A stretch of 64,000 bases of DNA. Source: Gammaproteobacteria bacterium (lineage in GTDB: Bacteria; Pseudomonadota; Gammaproteobacteria; UBA4575). The notes beneath the pieces were generated by a model, which was not told where the DNA came from, did not search any database, and saw only the letters and a program-made list of their open reading frames with translations. Made by a program: the position numbers and the translations under genes. Shown here piece by piece: positions 1-9,843 of this stretch (position 1 is the stretch's first letter; each line of letters opens with the position of its first letter). Where the stretch lies: positions 64,001-128,000 of the forward strand of contig CBDEUS010000001.1 in NCBI GenBank assembly GCA_965243395.1, given 5' to 3'.

Positions 1-987
1 AACTATGCCGACATTGTTATCCCTGCAGATACACAATTAGAACGTACAGATTTGTTTGCTACATACGGCAATTGGTACTACAGCATGAATAAGCCAGTAA
101 TAGATCCGCTCGGCGAAAGTATTCGAAACTCTGAGCTTTTCCGTTTATTAGCTAAAAAGATGGGTTATGTTGAAAAAGAAGACAATGCATTCACGCAAAC
201 AGATGAAGAAATTATTCGTGACATCATGTTTGATGAAGGAACACACAATCCGTTGATGGAAGGAATTACATATGAAGATATTCAAGAAAATGGATTTGTG
301 CGCGCTAATACAAATTCTGAAAGAAGAAATTTTATAAAAAATGGTTGGCCCACTCCCTCTGGGAAAATCGATATTTGGTGTGCGGCCTTATTGGAACAAG
401 GTGTCGATCCATTGCCTACGTACATCCCTGAATTAGAAGGGCAAGAAGATCCCAAGCGAGAAAAATATCCGCTACAAGTGTTAAGTAGTGCAGCGCACTA
501 TTTTATTGGCGACTCATTTCAGTCTGTACCTAGATTGCAAGCAATGATGTCTAGACCAACCGTAGAGTTAAATAATGAAGAGGCACAAAAGCGCAATATT
601 CAGGATGGAGATTTATGCAGATTATTCAATGATAGAGGTGAAACCTATGCATATGCGCTGATTGTCGATGGTTTACTACCAGGAGTATGTTCAACACAAA
701 AACAGTATAAGGGCAGCAATACACCGGGTGGTGTAAATGTAAATGCACTTAACTCGGAAATATTAACTGATTTTGGTAATAGCCCGACTTTTTATTCCTG
801 CTTAGTAGAAGTTGAAAAAGCTAATCAGGAAATGATTGCAAAATTGTTGCTAGAAGAATGGGGAGGTAAAGATGGATATGTAAAGAAATGGCGAGCCGAT
901 CCACGCAATGAAAATATAAGTGCAACAGATGAAGAAATTCTAAATTTTGCTGAAAAACAGAATCCGGGTGTATTTGATAATTTTTAA
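1..987 (+). CDS. Molybdopterin (DMSO reductase family) oxidoreductase, 5'-truncated by the window edge
   Basis: Frame is open from base 1 (NYADIVIPADTQLERTD matches the ADIVLP motif). Also TPSGKI and a C-terminal molybdopterin dinucleotide-binding domain (YPLQVLS...RNIQDGDLCRLFNDRG). Confidence 0.85.
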   Translation, partial: NYADIVIPADTQLERTDLFATYGNWYYSMNKPVIDPLGESIRNSELFRLLAKKMGYVEKEDNAFTQTDEEIIRDIMFDEGTHNPLMEGITYEDIQENGFVRANTNSERRNFIKNGWPTPSGKIDIWCAALLEQGVDPLPTYIPELEGQEDPKREKYPLQVLSSAAHYFIGDSFQSVPRLQAMMSRPTVELNNEEAQKRNIQDGDLCRLFNDRGETYAYALIVDGLLPGVCSTQKQYKGSNTPGGVNVNALNSEILTDFGNSPTFYSCLVEVEKANQEMIAKLLLEEWGGKDGYVKKWRADPRNENISATDEEILNFAEKQNPGVFDNF

Positions 988-1021
988 TTAAATATCTATT
1001 AGGTATTGAGACTAATTATGA

Positions 1022-1609
1022 CTACTCACCGTCATACACTTCCAGCTGTATATCATTCATTGAATACCCGGCAAATCCATACTCGCTGTCAACGCTGTCC
1101 GTCGTCATAGTCCCTGTTACCCACACTGCATCCTCTAACCACCTTTGTTCGAGTTCGCTATCGGGTTTTACATATACAATTTGATTGGAGGGGGGTGGAG
1201 GAACATGAATACATGCTCCAAAGTAGGGTGCAAGTAAAAACTCACTGAACGTTCCATTTTCAAAATCAAATTCTAGCGGTACGATAAAGCCAGGAATTCT
1301 GACGTATTCACCATCCAGTTCTTGAACGATGGGAGCTGCGCGTAATTCATTCTGCATTTTTTCATACGCACTTTGCGCTTCCTCTGATCCATCCTCTTCC
1401 TCTTCACTTCCAAATTCTAGTCCATCGAAAATTCCACCCAATATAGATTTTTGTTTTTTTTCTAAAGATTCGAAATAACCTTCCGGAGCCAAGTCGCCCC
1501 ATTCAAGCATGCGTGCATCTTTTGCTATTAATGTTTCATTAGTTAGCAAAACGAAAACTACAAACATAAAGCCACTATATAAGAAATATTTTGAAGTAAT
1601 GTATTTCAT
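1022..1609 (-). CDS. DUF3299 family protein (zinc-uptake operon component)
   Basis: Motif VRIPGFIVPLE...EFLLAPYFGACIHVPPPPSNQ. Start reassigned to ATG 1609, which overlaps the permease stop codon. Confidence 0.85.
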   Translation of the reverse strand: MKYITSKYFLYSGFMFVVFVLLTNETLIAKDARMLEWGDLAPEGYFESLEKKQKSILGGIFDGLEFGSEEEEDGSEEAQSAYEKMQNELRAAPIVQELDGEYVRIPGFIVPLEFDFENGTFSEFLLAPYFGACIHVPPPPSNQIVYVKPDSELEQRWLEDAVWVTGTMTTDSVDSEYGFAGYSMNDIQLEVYDGE

Positions 1610-2871
1610 AATCGAATAGTTAGCCCGTCTTGTAGTGTTTTTCGATAGGCGCTGATTGCAGGATAAAGAGCTGCTAAAAAGCCTCCAACTAATACGATTC
1701 CTAACATTAGCCATTGGAACTTAGTGGGAGGGTTAAGTTCAATGTTAAAGCCAAATGTGCTGAATAAAAGTGGATTAATAAGCATCAAAAATAAATATAA
1801 AAAAGCTAAGCCAAAAAATATACCCAGGGATACTAATATTTCAGATTCAATCACCATTAATGAAAAAATAGTTCTGGGTGAAGCACCAACCGAGCGAAGA
1901 ATTGCAATTTCACGTCGACGTTCATTTAAGTTAGTTAATAATATAGTCAACATTCCAATTAAACTGGTTAATACAACAAGCCCGGCAATTACAAAAAGTG
2001 CTTTTTCTATAATCTCGACTACTTTCCAGAGTTCTAACAATGCTATTCCGGGCATTATGGCGAGTAAAGGTTCGGATTTATATTCATTGATGCCGCGTCG
2101 TATCGAAAATATGTCGTGTTTACTTTTCAGTCCCAGAAGAAAAGCGGTTATCGATTTAGGTTCAAGAGATGCACTATCAAGGTATAGTTCTTTTTTTTGA
2201 ATCGTGTGAGATGGCGCCCCCTGTTCCCAGCCAACATGAACTGCTTCAAGCCCAGTAAGTGAAATTAAAACCGATCGATCAAGCGGAGTGCCAGTAGGCT
2301 TAAGTATACCCGTTACGGTAAAGGGTGAGTCTTTATGGTCTGCAAAATCTGCACTGTTTATGCCATGCGAAATAATAATTTTTTCGCCTAGCTGGTATTC
2401 AAGTGACTTTGCAACTTTTGCTCCTATTACTGCATCATAAATTCCAGAGAAAACAACACCGTCAGAAAGTTCTAAAGTACGACCTTTACCATATTTATAA
2501 TATTTAAAAATATCTTCTGTCGTGCCAACGACACGGAAGCCTTTATGAGAATCCCCAAGTGAAATGGGTACAGACCAATTCACTCTAGGGTGTTTCTTTA
2601 TTTTGCTATAACTTTTCCAAGAGACATTATTAGTCGCATTGCCAATATGAAAAATACTGTATAGAAGTAATTGCACAGAGCCGCTTCTGGACCCCACAAT
2701 TAAATCTGTATCGCTGACTGTATTAGTAAATTTTTCTTTAGCTTGTACACGAATGATGTCTACACCTAGCAATAACACAATACTTATGGCCAAAGAAAGA
2801 ATGGTCAATCCTATTGTTAGTTTGCGAAAACGCAGGCTTTTAATTGCCAACTGAAAAATTCTCTGAATCAT
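1606..2871 (-). CDS. ABC transporter permease, FtsX/MacB type (ZrgC-like)
   Basis: N-terminal TM, SLGDSHKGFRVVGTT motif, NERRREIAILRSVGAS motif, three C-terminal TMs. Confidence 0.9.
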   Translation of the reverse strand: MIQRIFQLAIKSLRFRKLTIGLTILSLAISIVLLLGVDIIRVQAKEKFTNTVSDTDLIVGSRSGSVQLLLYSIFHIGNATNNVSWKSYSKIKKHPRVNWSVPISLGDSHKGFRVVGTTEDIFKYYKYGKGRTLELSDGVVFSGIYDAVIGAKVAKSLEYQLGEKIIISHGINSADFADHKDSPFTVTGILKPTGTPLDRSVLISLTGLEAVHVGWEQGAPSHTIQKKELYLDSASLEPKSITAFLLGLKSKHDIFSIRRGINEYKSEPLLAIMPGIALLELWKVVEIIEKALFVIAGLVVLTSLIGMLTILLTNLNERRREIAILRSVGASPRTIFSLMVIESEILVSLGIFFGLAFLYLFLMLINPLLFSTFGFNIELNPPTKFQWLMLGIVLVGGFLAALYPAISAYRKTLQDGLTIRL

Positions 2872-3572
2872 TGGGTGTTTTGATTAATATCATCAAATGA
2901 AATTGAACGATCGAAAAACCTAGAAAGGGAGAGATCATGGCTGACAAATAATACAGCACTGTTACTGCTCTTTGCTTCTTCAAATAACAGTTCTAAAAAC
3001 CCTTGTTTGGTATCTTGATCCAATGCAGATGTAGGCTCATCTGCGATTATCATTTCTGGTGAACCAATCAAGGCGCGTGCTGCAGCAACACGCTGCTGTT
3101 GTCCAGTACTTAGCTCTGTAACATTCTGAGAAATAATTTTTTCATCATCTAATCCTAGAGAAGATAGCAAACGTACAGACTCGTCATAGATATCACGCTT
3201 TTGGATACTTAGCATTTCTTTTCTTTTCCAAGAAAAAGCACATGGCAAAGAAATATTTTCAAATACATTTAAATATGGGATTAAGTTAAACTGCTGGAAG
3301 ATAATTCCTATGTGATCAACACGATATTGATCACGATTTTTTTGGGATAATGATACTAAGTTTTTTCCTAGTACATTAATTTCACCGCTTGTTGGGCTAA
3401 GCACGCCAGAAATTAAATTCAAAAGAGTAGATTTACCACATCCACTCGGGCCATGAATAAATAGTTTTTCGCCTCGATTAAGGCTTAATGAATCTATATT
3501 TAGTAAAGCCGGCTGATCTTTATCCCAGTGAAATCCAACTTTTGAAAGTTCAAGGCACGCACTACCAATCAT
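2868..3572 (-). CDS. ABC transporter ATP-binding protein (ZrgB-like)
   Basis: Walker A GPSGCGKST, signature LSTGQQQRV, Walker B IIADEPT. Confidence 0.93.
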   Translation of the reverse strand: MIGSACLELSKVGFHWDKDQPALLNIDSLSLNRGEKLFIHGPSGCGKSTLLNLISGVLSPTSGEINVLGKNLVSLSQKNRDQYRVDHIGIIFQQFNLIPYLNVFENISLPCAFSWKRKEMLSIQKRDIYDESVRLLSSLGLDDEKIISQNVTELSTGQQQRVAAARALIGSPEMIIADEPTSALDQDTKQGFLELLFEEAKSSNSAVLFVSHDLSLSRFFDRSISFDDINQNTQ

Positions 3573-3596
3573 AGAGTAATTTTAAATTTTGTTAGA

Positions 3597-4196
3597 TCAT
3601 TCTATTGGCTGAATACGATTATCAGTAGATGCATTGAATAATGCTTGATGTTCATTTGAAATAAATTGCACCTCAATTTTTTCAAGTGTGGGGAAATGAT
3701 CGAATACTAGATATTCTATAGCTTCGAGGTCACTCTCTGAACAATTGAATAAATAATTCACAGTTACATCACTATGGGTTTCTTCGTTATTAGCTTCATC
3801 ATGATCATGTTCTTCATGTTCATGATGCTCGTCAGAATGGGGTTTCAGAATTTCACTGTTTATATAGACAGAATCAATTTTGCATGCACTATTTTTTTTA
3901 AATTGAAATAGATTATCAACCTTTTCAAGGATACCGATTGATTTCGCAATTTTTTTATGTTGTTCGTCATTTTTTGGCGCATGTTCAAAGCCGAATATAT
4001 CAACAGATGAAAAGGATAGATCTATCTTTAAAATATTATTTTCATAAGTGACATTTGCATTCGCATGTCCATGAACATGTGATGCATGTTCCTCAAACTC
4101 ATGAACTTCATCATGATGATGGTGATCTTCTTCAGCATTAACTGGGATTGCCAGGCAAAGTGATATAAAAAAAATAAATACTCTGGCTTTAAGCAT
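3597..4196 (-). CDS. ZrgA/DUF2796 family His-rich periplasmic zinc-uptake protein
   Basis: Signal peptide, HASHVHG and GFEHAPK motifs, His/Glu-rich tracts, HSDVTVNYLFNC. Confidence 0.85.
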   Translation of the reverse strand: MLKARVFIFFISLCLAIPVNAEEDHHHHDEVHEFEEHASHVHGHANANVTYENNILKIDLSFSSVDIFGFEHAPKNDEQHKKIAKSIGILEKVDNLFQFKKNSACKIDSVYINSEILKPHSDEHHEHEEHDHDEANNEETHSDVTVNYLFNCSESDLEAIEYLVFDHFPTLEKIEVQFISNEHQALFNASTDNRIQPIE

Positions 4197-4227
4197 AGAT
4201 TAGATTTTTAAAAGGAGTTTTTTTGAT

Positions 4228-4650
4228 TTATTGGTTTGCACAAGTCAAACGCATATTGTTTGTCGCAACAAGGTTCATAATATGGCCAATTGCATGCACA
4301 ATACCGCCCGAGACGGTTAACCAGGTTTCGCCTTCATGTGGAATGACATGGTTGGCGATTAATGTACCCGCAAAGACTGAAGTAAAAACAAGAATAGCAA
4401 GGCCTGCAGCAGCAATTATGGCAGGAAGAAGTTGTCGGTGACGGCGATATCCTAAAATGACAGCCAAAATACTGAATGGCAATATAAATACTAAAATAAA
4501 ATAATGAAACCAAAATTCATGTAAAGCATGTCCATGTTGTAGCGTAACGGCAAACAAGGGGATAAAGCTTGCAACGATGGGCAATGCGATGCAGTGGATT
4601 ACACATACACACGATAATGTAATTGCGATTCGGTCAAAATAAGATTGCAT
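4228..4650 (-). CDS. MerC-domain membrane protein
   Basis: DRIAITLSCVCVIHCIALP resembles the MerC-family N-terminus; four TMs; GYRRH motif. Confidence 0.8.
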   Translation of the reverse strand: MQSYFDRIAITLSCVCVIHCIALPIVASFIPLFAVTLQHGHALHEFWFHYFILVFILPFSILAVILGYRRHRQLLPAIIAAAGLAILVFTSVFAGTLIANHVIPHEGETWLTVSGGIVHAIGHIMNLVATNNMRLTCANQ

Positions 4651-4673
4651 AATTAATTTTTCTAATTATTAAA

Positions 4674-5135
4674 TTATTGTTGAGCACATTGAGCGCAGGT
4701 GCCATGAATTTCTACATTTACAAGGCTTGGTGTAAAGCCTTGTTTCTTGCTGATATCAAATAGGGCTTTGTTTACTTTTGGTTCACAAAGCTCTTCAACT
4801 TCGTTGCATTTATCACAGATTAAAAATTTACTATCAAAAGATTCATGATCCGTATTGCAACCGATATATGCGTTTTGGCTTTCAATGCGATGAATTAGAT
4901 TATTCTCCTGTAGAAAATCTAAGGCACGATAAACAGTGGGTGGTTTTTCACTAAAATTCTCTGAGCTCAATTGAGCGAGGAGGTCATAGGCTTTAACCGG
5001 TTTATGACTTTTCCAGATCAGTTCTAAAACTTTCTTTCTAATGGGTGTGAGGCGACATTGGCGTGCATTGCAGGTTTCTTCAGCTTTGCGAATGGCTTCT
5101 TTAATACATTGGCTGTGTCGATGTCTTTGCCACAT
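4674..5135 (-). CDS. zur: Zinc uptake regulator Zur (Fur family)
   Basis: RLTPIRKKVLELI, KAYDLL, PPTVYRALDFL, HRIES, two CxxC motifs; heads a zinc-uptake operon. Confidence 0.9.
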   Translation of the reverse strand: MWQRHRHSQCIKEAIRKAEETCNARQCRLTPIRKKVLELIWKSHKPVKAYDLLAQLSSENFSEKPPTVYRALDFLQENNLIHRIESQNAYIGCNTDHESFDSKFLICDKCNEVEELCEPKVNKALFDISKKQGFTPSLVNVEIHGTCAQCAQQ

Positions 5136-5163
5136 AGCTCTTGGTAATTGGTTTAAATAAGAG

Positions 5164-5178
5164 TGTTATAATATAACA
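5164..5178. promoter_or_regulatory. Zur box
   Basis: Perfect 7-1-7 palindrome TGTTATA-A-TATAACA, 28 nt upstream of the zur start; matches the core of the proteobacterial Zur consensus. Confidence 0.88.
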
Positions 5179-5259
5179 TAGCTCTTATCGCAATAAGCCA
5201 AAATTGAAGAGTAAAATTAAGGGACTTGAGCTAGTAAAATAAACTAGCTTTTGTAAGGT

Positions 5260-5898
5260 TTAGCGAGTGCCGTACACTACGATAGTTTTACCGTGTGCAG
5301 AAATTAACCCCTGTTGTTGAAGCTCTTTGAGTACGCGCCCTGCCATTTCTCGTGAACAACCCACAATCTTGGCGATTTCTTGTCGTGTGATGCGGATTTG
5401 CATCCCTTCAGGGTGAGTCAAAGCATCGGGTTGTTTGGCAAGGTCTAAAAGTGTATGTGCTACACGCCCTGTCACATCTAAATAGGCGAGATCGATTACT
5501 TTGCGGCTGGTGTCGCGTAGGCGTTTGGCGAGTTGTCCGGCCATGTGCATTAAAATATCAGGATCAGACTTTATCAATTCACGAAATTTTGAATACTGGA
5601 TTTCTGCAACGTCACACTGTTCTCTAGCCACAACGAGTGCACTACGTTCGTTTTCCTCAAACAATCCCATTTCGCCAAAGAAGTCACCCTTATTAAGATA
5701 TGCCAACACCATTTCATGGCCGGTATCATCTTCCAGCATAATCTTTACAGATCCATGCGTGATGTAATACAGGGTATTTGAAGGATCGCCTGCGTGAATA
5801 ATACGATTACCAGAGGCATAGCGTTTTGTATGGCAATGTTCTAGAAAACGTTCCACAACAGATTCCTGTGTTGGTATGGGTGGGCTTAGATTGTTCAA
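5260..5898 (-). CDS. crp: cAMP receptor protein CRP/Vfr/Clp
   Basis: cNMP-binding [10 protein letters not shown]...[12 protein letters not shown], and [24 protein letters not shown]; TTG start. Confidence 0.93.
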   Translation of the reverse strand: MNNLSPPIPTQESVVERFLEHCHTKRYASGNRIIHAGDPSNTLYYITHGSVKIMLEDDTGHEMVLAYLNKGDFFGEMGLFEENERSALVVAREQCDVAEIQYSKFRELIKSDPDILMHMAGQLAKRLRDTSRKVIDLAYLDVTGRVAHTLLDLAKQPDALTHPEGMQIRITRQEIAKIVGCSREMAGRVLKELQQQGLISAHGKTIVVYGTR

Positions 5899-5981
5899 GT
5901 TAAAAATCAGTATTGTTATTTCGAGTAGTCTATGCCAAGTAACTCACTGATGTCGACAGAAAAAAGGATTAAACGGTAGCA

Positions 5982-6392
5982 ATGCAAGTACGAATTAAGT
6001 GGTTAGAGCAAAGAACATTCGAAGCTGCCACCGGTAGCGGTCATAGAATAACTATGGATGGTCCCCCAGATCATGGCGGGCGCAATCTCGCAGCCCGTCC
6101 TATGGAGATGGTTTTAGTGGGCCTGGGGGGCTGTAGTGCCTTTGATGTGGTCGAAATTCTAGAAAAATCGCGCCAATCCATTCAAGAATGTCAAATTCAA
6201 ATCGAAGCTGAACGTGCAGAAGAGATACCTGCAGTGTTTACCAATATTCATATGCATTTCATCTTTAGCGGTGAGGGTTTAAATGAAAAACATATAAAGC
6301 GTGCAGTAGAGTTGTCGGTAGATAAATATTGTTCGGTGGTCAAGATGCTAAGACCAGGAGTTGTCATTACGTTTGACTATGAAATCACTTGA
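5982..6392 (+). CDS. OsmC family protein (YhfA-like)
   Basis: [14 protein letters not shown] and [12 protein letters not shown] motifs; divergent from crp as is typical. Confidence 0.9.
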   Translation: MQVRIKWLEQRTFEAATGSGHRITMDGPPDHGGRNLAARPMEMVLVGLGGCSAFDVVEILEKSRQSIQECQIQIEAERAEEIPAVFTNIHMHFIFSGEGLNEKHIKRAVELSVDKYCSVVKMLRPGVVITFDYEIT

Positions 6393-7222
6393 AAATACAA
6401 AAAAGCAAAAAGATGCAAAAAATAAAATTACATGGATTTAATAATCTCACTAAAACATTGAGTTTTAATTTTTATGATATTTGTTATGCCGCGACATCTG
6501 AGCATCAACAAGAATATCTAGAATATGTTGATGAGGAGTATAATGCTGCACGACTAGAAGCGGTGTTAAATGAGGTCGCCAAGCAAATTGGTGCCAGCAT
6601 TCTCAATATGTCGGTTTACGATTATGAACCTCGAGGCGCTAGTGTCACATGCTTAATTTCGGAAGAACCCGCATTAGCAGAAGCAATTTTTTCTAAAGAA
6701 GAAACGCAATTTGAAGAAGTAAAAATAAATTCTAAACAATCCGCTGTGGCTCATTTAGACAAAAGCCATGTCACTGCCCACACATATCCTGAATTTCATC
6801 CTGATAATGGAATCAGCACGTTTAGAGTGGATATTGATGTTTCAACGTGTGGGCGTGTTTCACCTCTTAAGGCGTTAAATTTTCTTATTGATAGTTTTGA
6901 CGAAGATATTGTGGTTTTGGATTATCGTGTGCGTGGATTCACGCGCGATGTAAATGGATTAAAACATTATATAGACCATGAGATTACTTCTATTCAGGAT
7001 TTTTTATCCGAAAAGACAAAAGATCAGTATCAAATGATTGATATGAATGTAGATCAAGAAAATATCTTTCACACAAAAATGTTATTAAATGAATTTAAAC
7101 TAGACGATTATCTATTCGGTAGAGGCGTAAACGAGCTGAATGTAAAAGAGCAAGAAAAAATTGAAGAACAACTTAGAAAAGAGATGAGTGAGATATTTTA
7201 TGGTATCAATTCACTAGATTAA
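6389..7222 (+). CDS. speD: S-adenosylmethionine decarboxylase proenzyme
   Basis: [15 protein letters not shown], autocleavage motif [19 protein letters not shown]. Start may be ATG 6413. Confidence 0.95.
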   Translation: MKIQKSKKMQKIKLHGFNNLTKTLSFNFYDICYAATSEHQQEYLEYVDEEYNAARLEAVLNEVAKQIGASILNMSVYDYEPRGASVTCLISEEPALAEAIFSKEETQFEEVKINSKQSAVAHLDKSHVTAHTYPEFHPDNGISTFRVDIDVSTCGRVSPLKALNFLIDSFDEDIVVLDYRVRGFTRDVNGLKHYIDHEITSIQDFLSEKTKDQYQMIDMNVDQENIFHTKMLLNEFKLDDYLFGRGVNELNVKEQEKIEEQLRKEMSEIFYGINSLD

Positions 7223-7231
7223 GCAGTTTAA

Positions 7232-7873
7232 CTATATCCAGTAGGAAGTTTTGGTCATAATTTTTGAAACTGCAGCCATAAGCGTTTTCGCAGGTTGTGG
7301 TAATTCATATGCTCCTGCAGCTTGTGCTTTTTGATCATGTATGGCTTCATCTTCACGCATTTTTAATAAAATTTCTCGACTTTTGATATCGTCTTCAGGT
7401 AAACGATCTAAATGCTTATCAAGATGCTTCACTACTTGTTTTTCGGTTTCAGATACAAATCCCAATGACCATTTATCACCGAATGCTCCAACCGCTGCGC
7501 CAATTACCATCGAACCTAAATACCATACAGGAGCGAGTACACTGGGCTTGTCTTGCAACTCATCAAGACGCTTTTCACACCATTCTAAATGGGCCTGTTC
7601 TTCGTTAGCGGATTGAGTAAATTTTTCTTTAATTTCCTCATCCTTAGTCATAATGGAATGCCCACGATAGAGGCCCTGAGCGGCAATTTCGCCAGCGTGA
7701 TTGACACGCATTAAGCGTGCAGACAGTAATTGTTCTTCATCGGTCAATGCTTTATCAGCAGTTACATCATCAGCTGGGGAAGATGAGGTTTTAATATTAG
7801 GTTTTACAAATAAAGTGCGTAAACCTTTATCAATTTGCGAAAGCAGTTGATCAGTAGAATCTAAATTTCTCAT
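7232..7873 (-). CDS. coq7: Demethoxyubiquinone hydroxylase Coq7 (di-iron)
   Basis: LMRVNHAGEIAAQGLY, EEQAHL, ETEKQVVKHL and DEAIH di-iron motifs. Confidence 0.93.
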   Translation of the reverse strand: MRNLDSTDQLLSQIDKGLRTLFVKPNIKTSSSPADDVTADKALTDEEQLLSARLMRVNHAGEIAAQGLYRGHSIMTKDEEIKEKFTQSANEEQAHLEWCEKRLDELQDKPSVLAPVWYLGSMVIGAAVGAFGDKWSLGFVSETEKQVVKHLDKHLDRLPEDDIKSREILLKMREDEAIHDQKAQAAGAYELPQPAKTLMAAVSKIMTKTSYWI

Positions 7874-7880
7874 TTATAAA

Positions 7881-9065
7881 TTATAACACTTGCTGGGCTA
7901 ACAATGTGACGGGGTGGCATACCTGTACAGGGATATCTTCTTGTCTAAGACGGGCTTGAATATGCAATGCACAACCAATATTGCTGCTCACTAAATATGC
8001 TGCATTATCTTTCTTTATTTGATTAACCTTGTTGTTAATAAGCTGATTTGCAAGATCATCGTATATGAGTGTGTTTAAGCCTCCCGCGCCGCAACATGTA
8101 TTTTCATCTTGAAAATGGATTATCTCAATCTCAGGTATATAGTTTAATAGTCTATCTGTTAGGCCGTTGTCATTGGTAACCTTTTTTTGAGAGCAAGGGA
8201 TGTGCAGGAATACTTTTTTCCTCATTGGTTTAAATGAAATTCTTTTCTGTTCGAGTAGATTGAATACAAGTTCATTTAAATCTATAAGCTTCCCATTTAG
8301 TTTATCCGCATAATGCTTAATATATGCGCCGCAACCTGTAGTGAGTGGGGCGATATATTCAGTATTTTTATTTTGAAAACTATTAATGAATTTATTTTTA
8401 AGCATTGTAGCGGTTTTTATGTTTCCACAATGTTGATGTAATGCGCCACAACAATTAATTTTTTCTTGTAGAGCTACATTGCAGCCGAGTTTTGATAAAA
8501 GATGTGTTGTAGCCACTAGTGTTTCATCATTGATAAGATCTCCGGCACATGAATCTAATAAAATAACATGTGGACTCTTGTTTTGTGCCGATGATGTTTT
8601 GAGCTCCAAATTATTCTTGTATGGCAATAAGTTTAGCAATCGTGAATTCTTCAATAGCGAGGCTGTACTTAGAAAGTGTAAATTTCTGATCAATAAATTA
8701 AAAAGTTTTCGTGCGTATATATTGCCAAGGATAAATAACAGAATAGATTGTTGTAATTTTTTATTTAACGATTGTTGGTTTTTTGTTAGTGCTCGTCCTG
8801 CATCAATTATTTTTTCGTAATTCACGTTAGCTGGACATGCCGATTCACAGCTCAAGCATGTTAAACATTGATTCAAATGCTTATGTATATTTCTATTTGG
8901 CTGTAAATGTTGCTCACACAAGCCGCGCACAAGGGCAATGCGACCACGAGGTGACTCTGACTCTAATTTTGCAAATTCATAGGTTGGACAATGCGGTAAA
9001 CAAAGTCCGCACATTACGCATTCATCCGTTGCCTTAATAATTTCTTGTGTATTTATTTGTTGCAT
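7881..9065 (-). CDS. GlcF-like Fe-S protein (two 4Fe-4S motifs plus CCG domains)
   Basis: CVMCGLCLPHCPT, ESPRGR, CLTCLSCESACP, CCGA, CCGAGG, SSNIGC. Confidence 0.85.
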   Translation of the reverse strand: MQQINTQEIIKATDECVMCGLCLPHCPTYEFAKLESESPRGRIALVRGLCEQHLQPNRNIHKHLNQCLTCLSCESACPANVNYEKIIDAGRALTKNQQSLNKKLQQSILLFILGNIYARKLFNLLIRNLHFLSTASLLKNSRLLNLLPYKNNLELKTSSAQNKSPHVILLDSCAGDLINDETLVATTHLLSKLGCNVALQEKINCCGALHQHCGNIKTATMLKNKFINSFQNKNTEYIAPLTTGCGAYIKHYADKLNGKLIDLNELVFNLLEQKRISFKPMRKKVFLHIPCSQKKVTNDNGLTDRLLNYIPEIEIIHFQDENTCCGAGGLNTLIYDDLANQLINNKVNQIKKDNAAYLVSSNIGCALHIQARLRQEDIPVQVCHPVTLLAQQVL

Positions 9066-9184
9066 CTATATATAGGTATGCTTTTTTAAGTGTCTTGGCC
9101 CAATTAGGAAATGGGTGGGCTCTATAGTCCAGATATAATTTAATATGAATAGTTTGCACTAGGTTAATTGATAAGGGTACGGAA

Positions 9185-9490
9185 ATGTCTTATTACAAGC
9201 GCCACTTGTTTATGTGTGTAAATGAGCGAGAGGACAAAAGCTGTTGTCAGGACCATGGGGCAGCAGAGCTTCGAACTTATGCAAAAAATAAGACCAAGGA
9301 GCTAGGAATTTCAGGGCAAGGCGGGGTTCGAGTTAACCAGGCAGGTTGCCTGGATCGTTGTTCTGAAGGCCCTATCGCTGTGGTGTATCCAGATGGTGTT
9401 TGGTATCGCTATGCAAATGAAGCGGATTTAGATGAAATCATTGAAAAACACTTAATGAAGGGTGAAGTGGTTGAAAGACTGAAAATCTAG
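9185..9490 (+). CDS. Thioredoxin-like [2Fe-2S] ferredoxin
   Basis: HLFMCVNER...CC, RVNQAGCLDRCSEGP, VYPDGVWY. Confidence 0.9.
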   Translation: MSYYKRHLFMCVNEREDKSCCQDHGAAELRTYAKNKTKELGISGQGGVRVNQAGCLDRCSEGPIAVVYPDGVWYRYANEADLDEIIEKHLMKGEVVERLKI

Positions 9491-9532
9491 GACTTTTTGT
9501 CTACCTCAAGTTAGATACAACTAACTACAATT

Positions 9533-9546
9533 TTGATATAGATCGA
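9533..9546. promoter_or_regulatory. FNR-like box
   Basis: TTGAT-ATAG-ATCGA, a 9/10 match to TTGAT-N4-ATCAA, upstream of a TTGACA -35 at 9568-9573. Confidence 0.45.
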
Positions 9547-9600
9547 CACATTTAACGACAAAGTTAGTTGACAAGAATAAAGTAATATTAGAACATACCT

Positions 9601-9695
9601 ATATTCTGATAGTTTATAAAACATTCAGAACTCCTCCATCTACTTCTGGTAGAGATAGATTTAAGCGCGGGACACATGTATCCGCGCTTTTTTTT
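9601..9695 (+). ncRNA. Candidate small regulatory RNA (about 95 nt)
   Basis: Perfect -35 (TTGACA, 9568), two hairpins flanking an unpaired CTCCTCC, and a strong intrinsic terminator; no ORF in the track. Confidence 0.55.
9663..9695 (+). terminator. Rho-independent terminator
   Basis: AAGCGCGG...CCGCGCTT stem followed by a T-run. Confidence 0.85.
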
Positions 9696-9760
9696 GCCCA
9701 AATGCAGCTGAATGACTTTATAAATAACCCCAAAGAGTCAATAAGATAGCCAGGTATTCC

Positions 9761-9798
9761 TTGTCAGAGCCAGCGTTGTTCGATAGTATTTCGCGCCT
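9761..9798 (+). promoter_or_regulatory. Sigma70 promoter of rplM-rpsI with GC-rich discriminator
   Basis: TTGTCA-17 nt-TAGTAT followed by TTCGCGCC, typical of stringently controlled promoters. Confidence 0.65.
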
Positions 9799-9843
9799 TT
9801 CTGCAGTTAAGAATTAGATTTTAGAAGCAATCATATTAGGACT

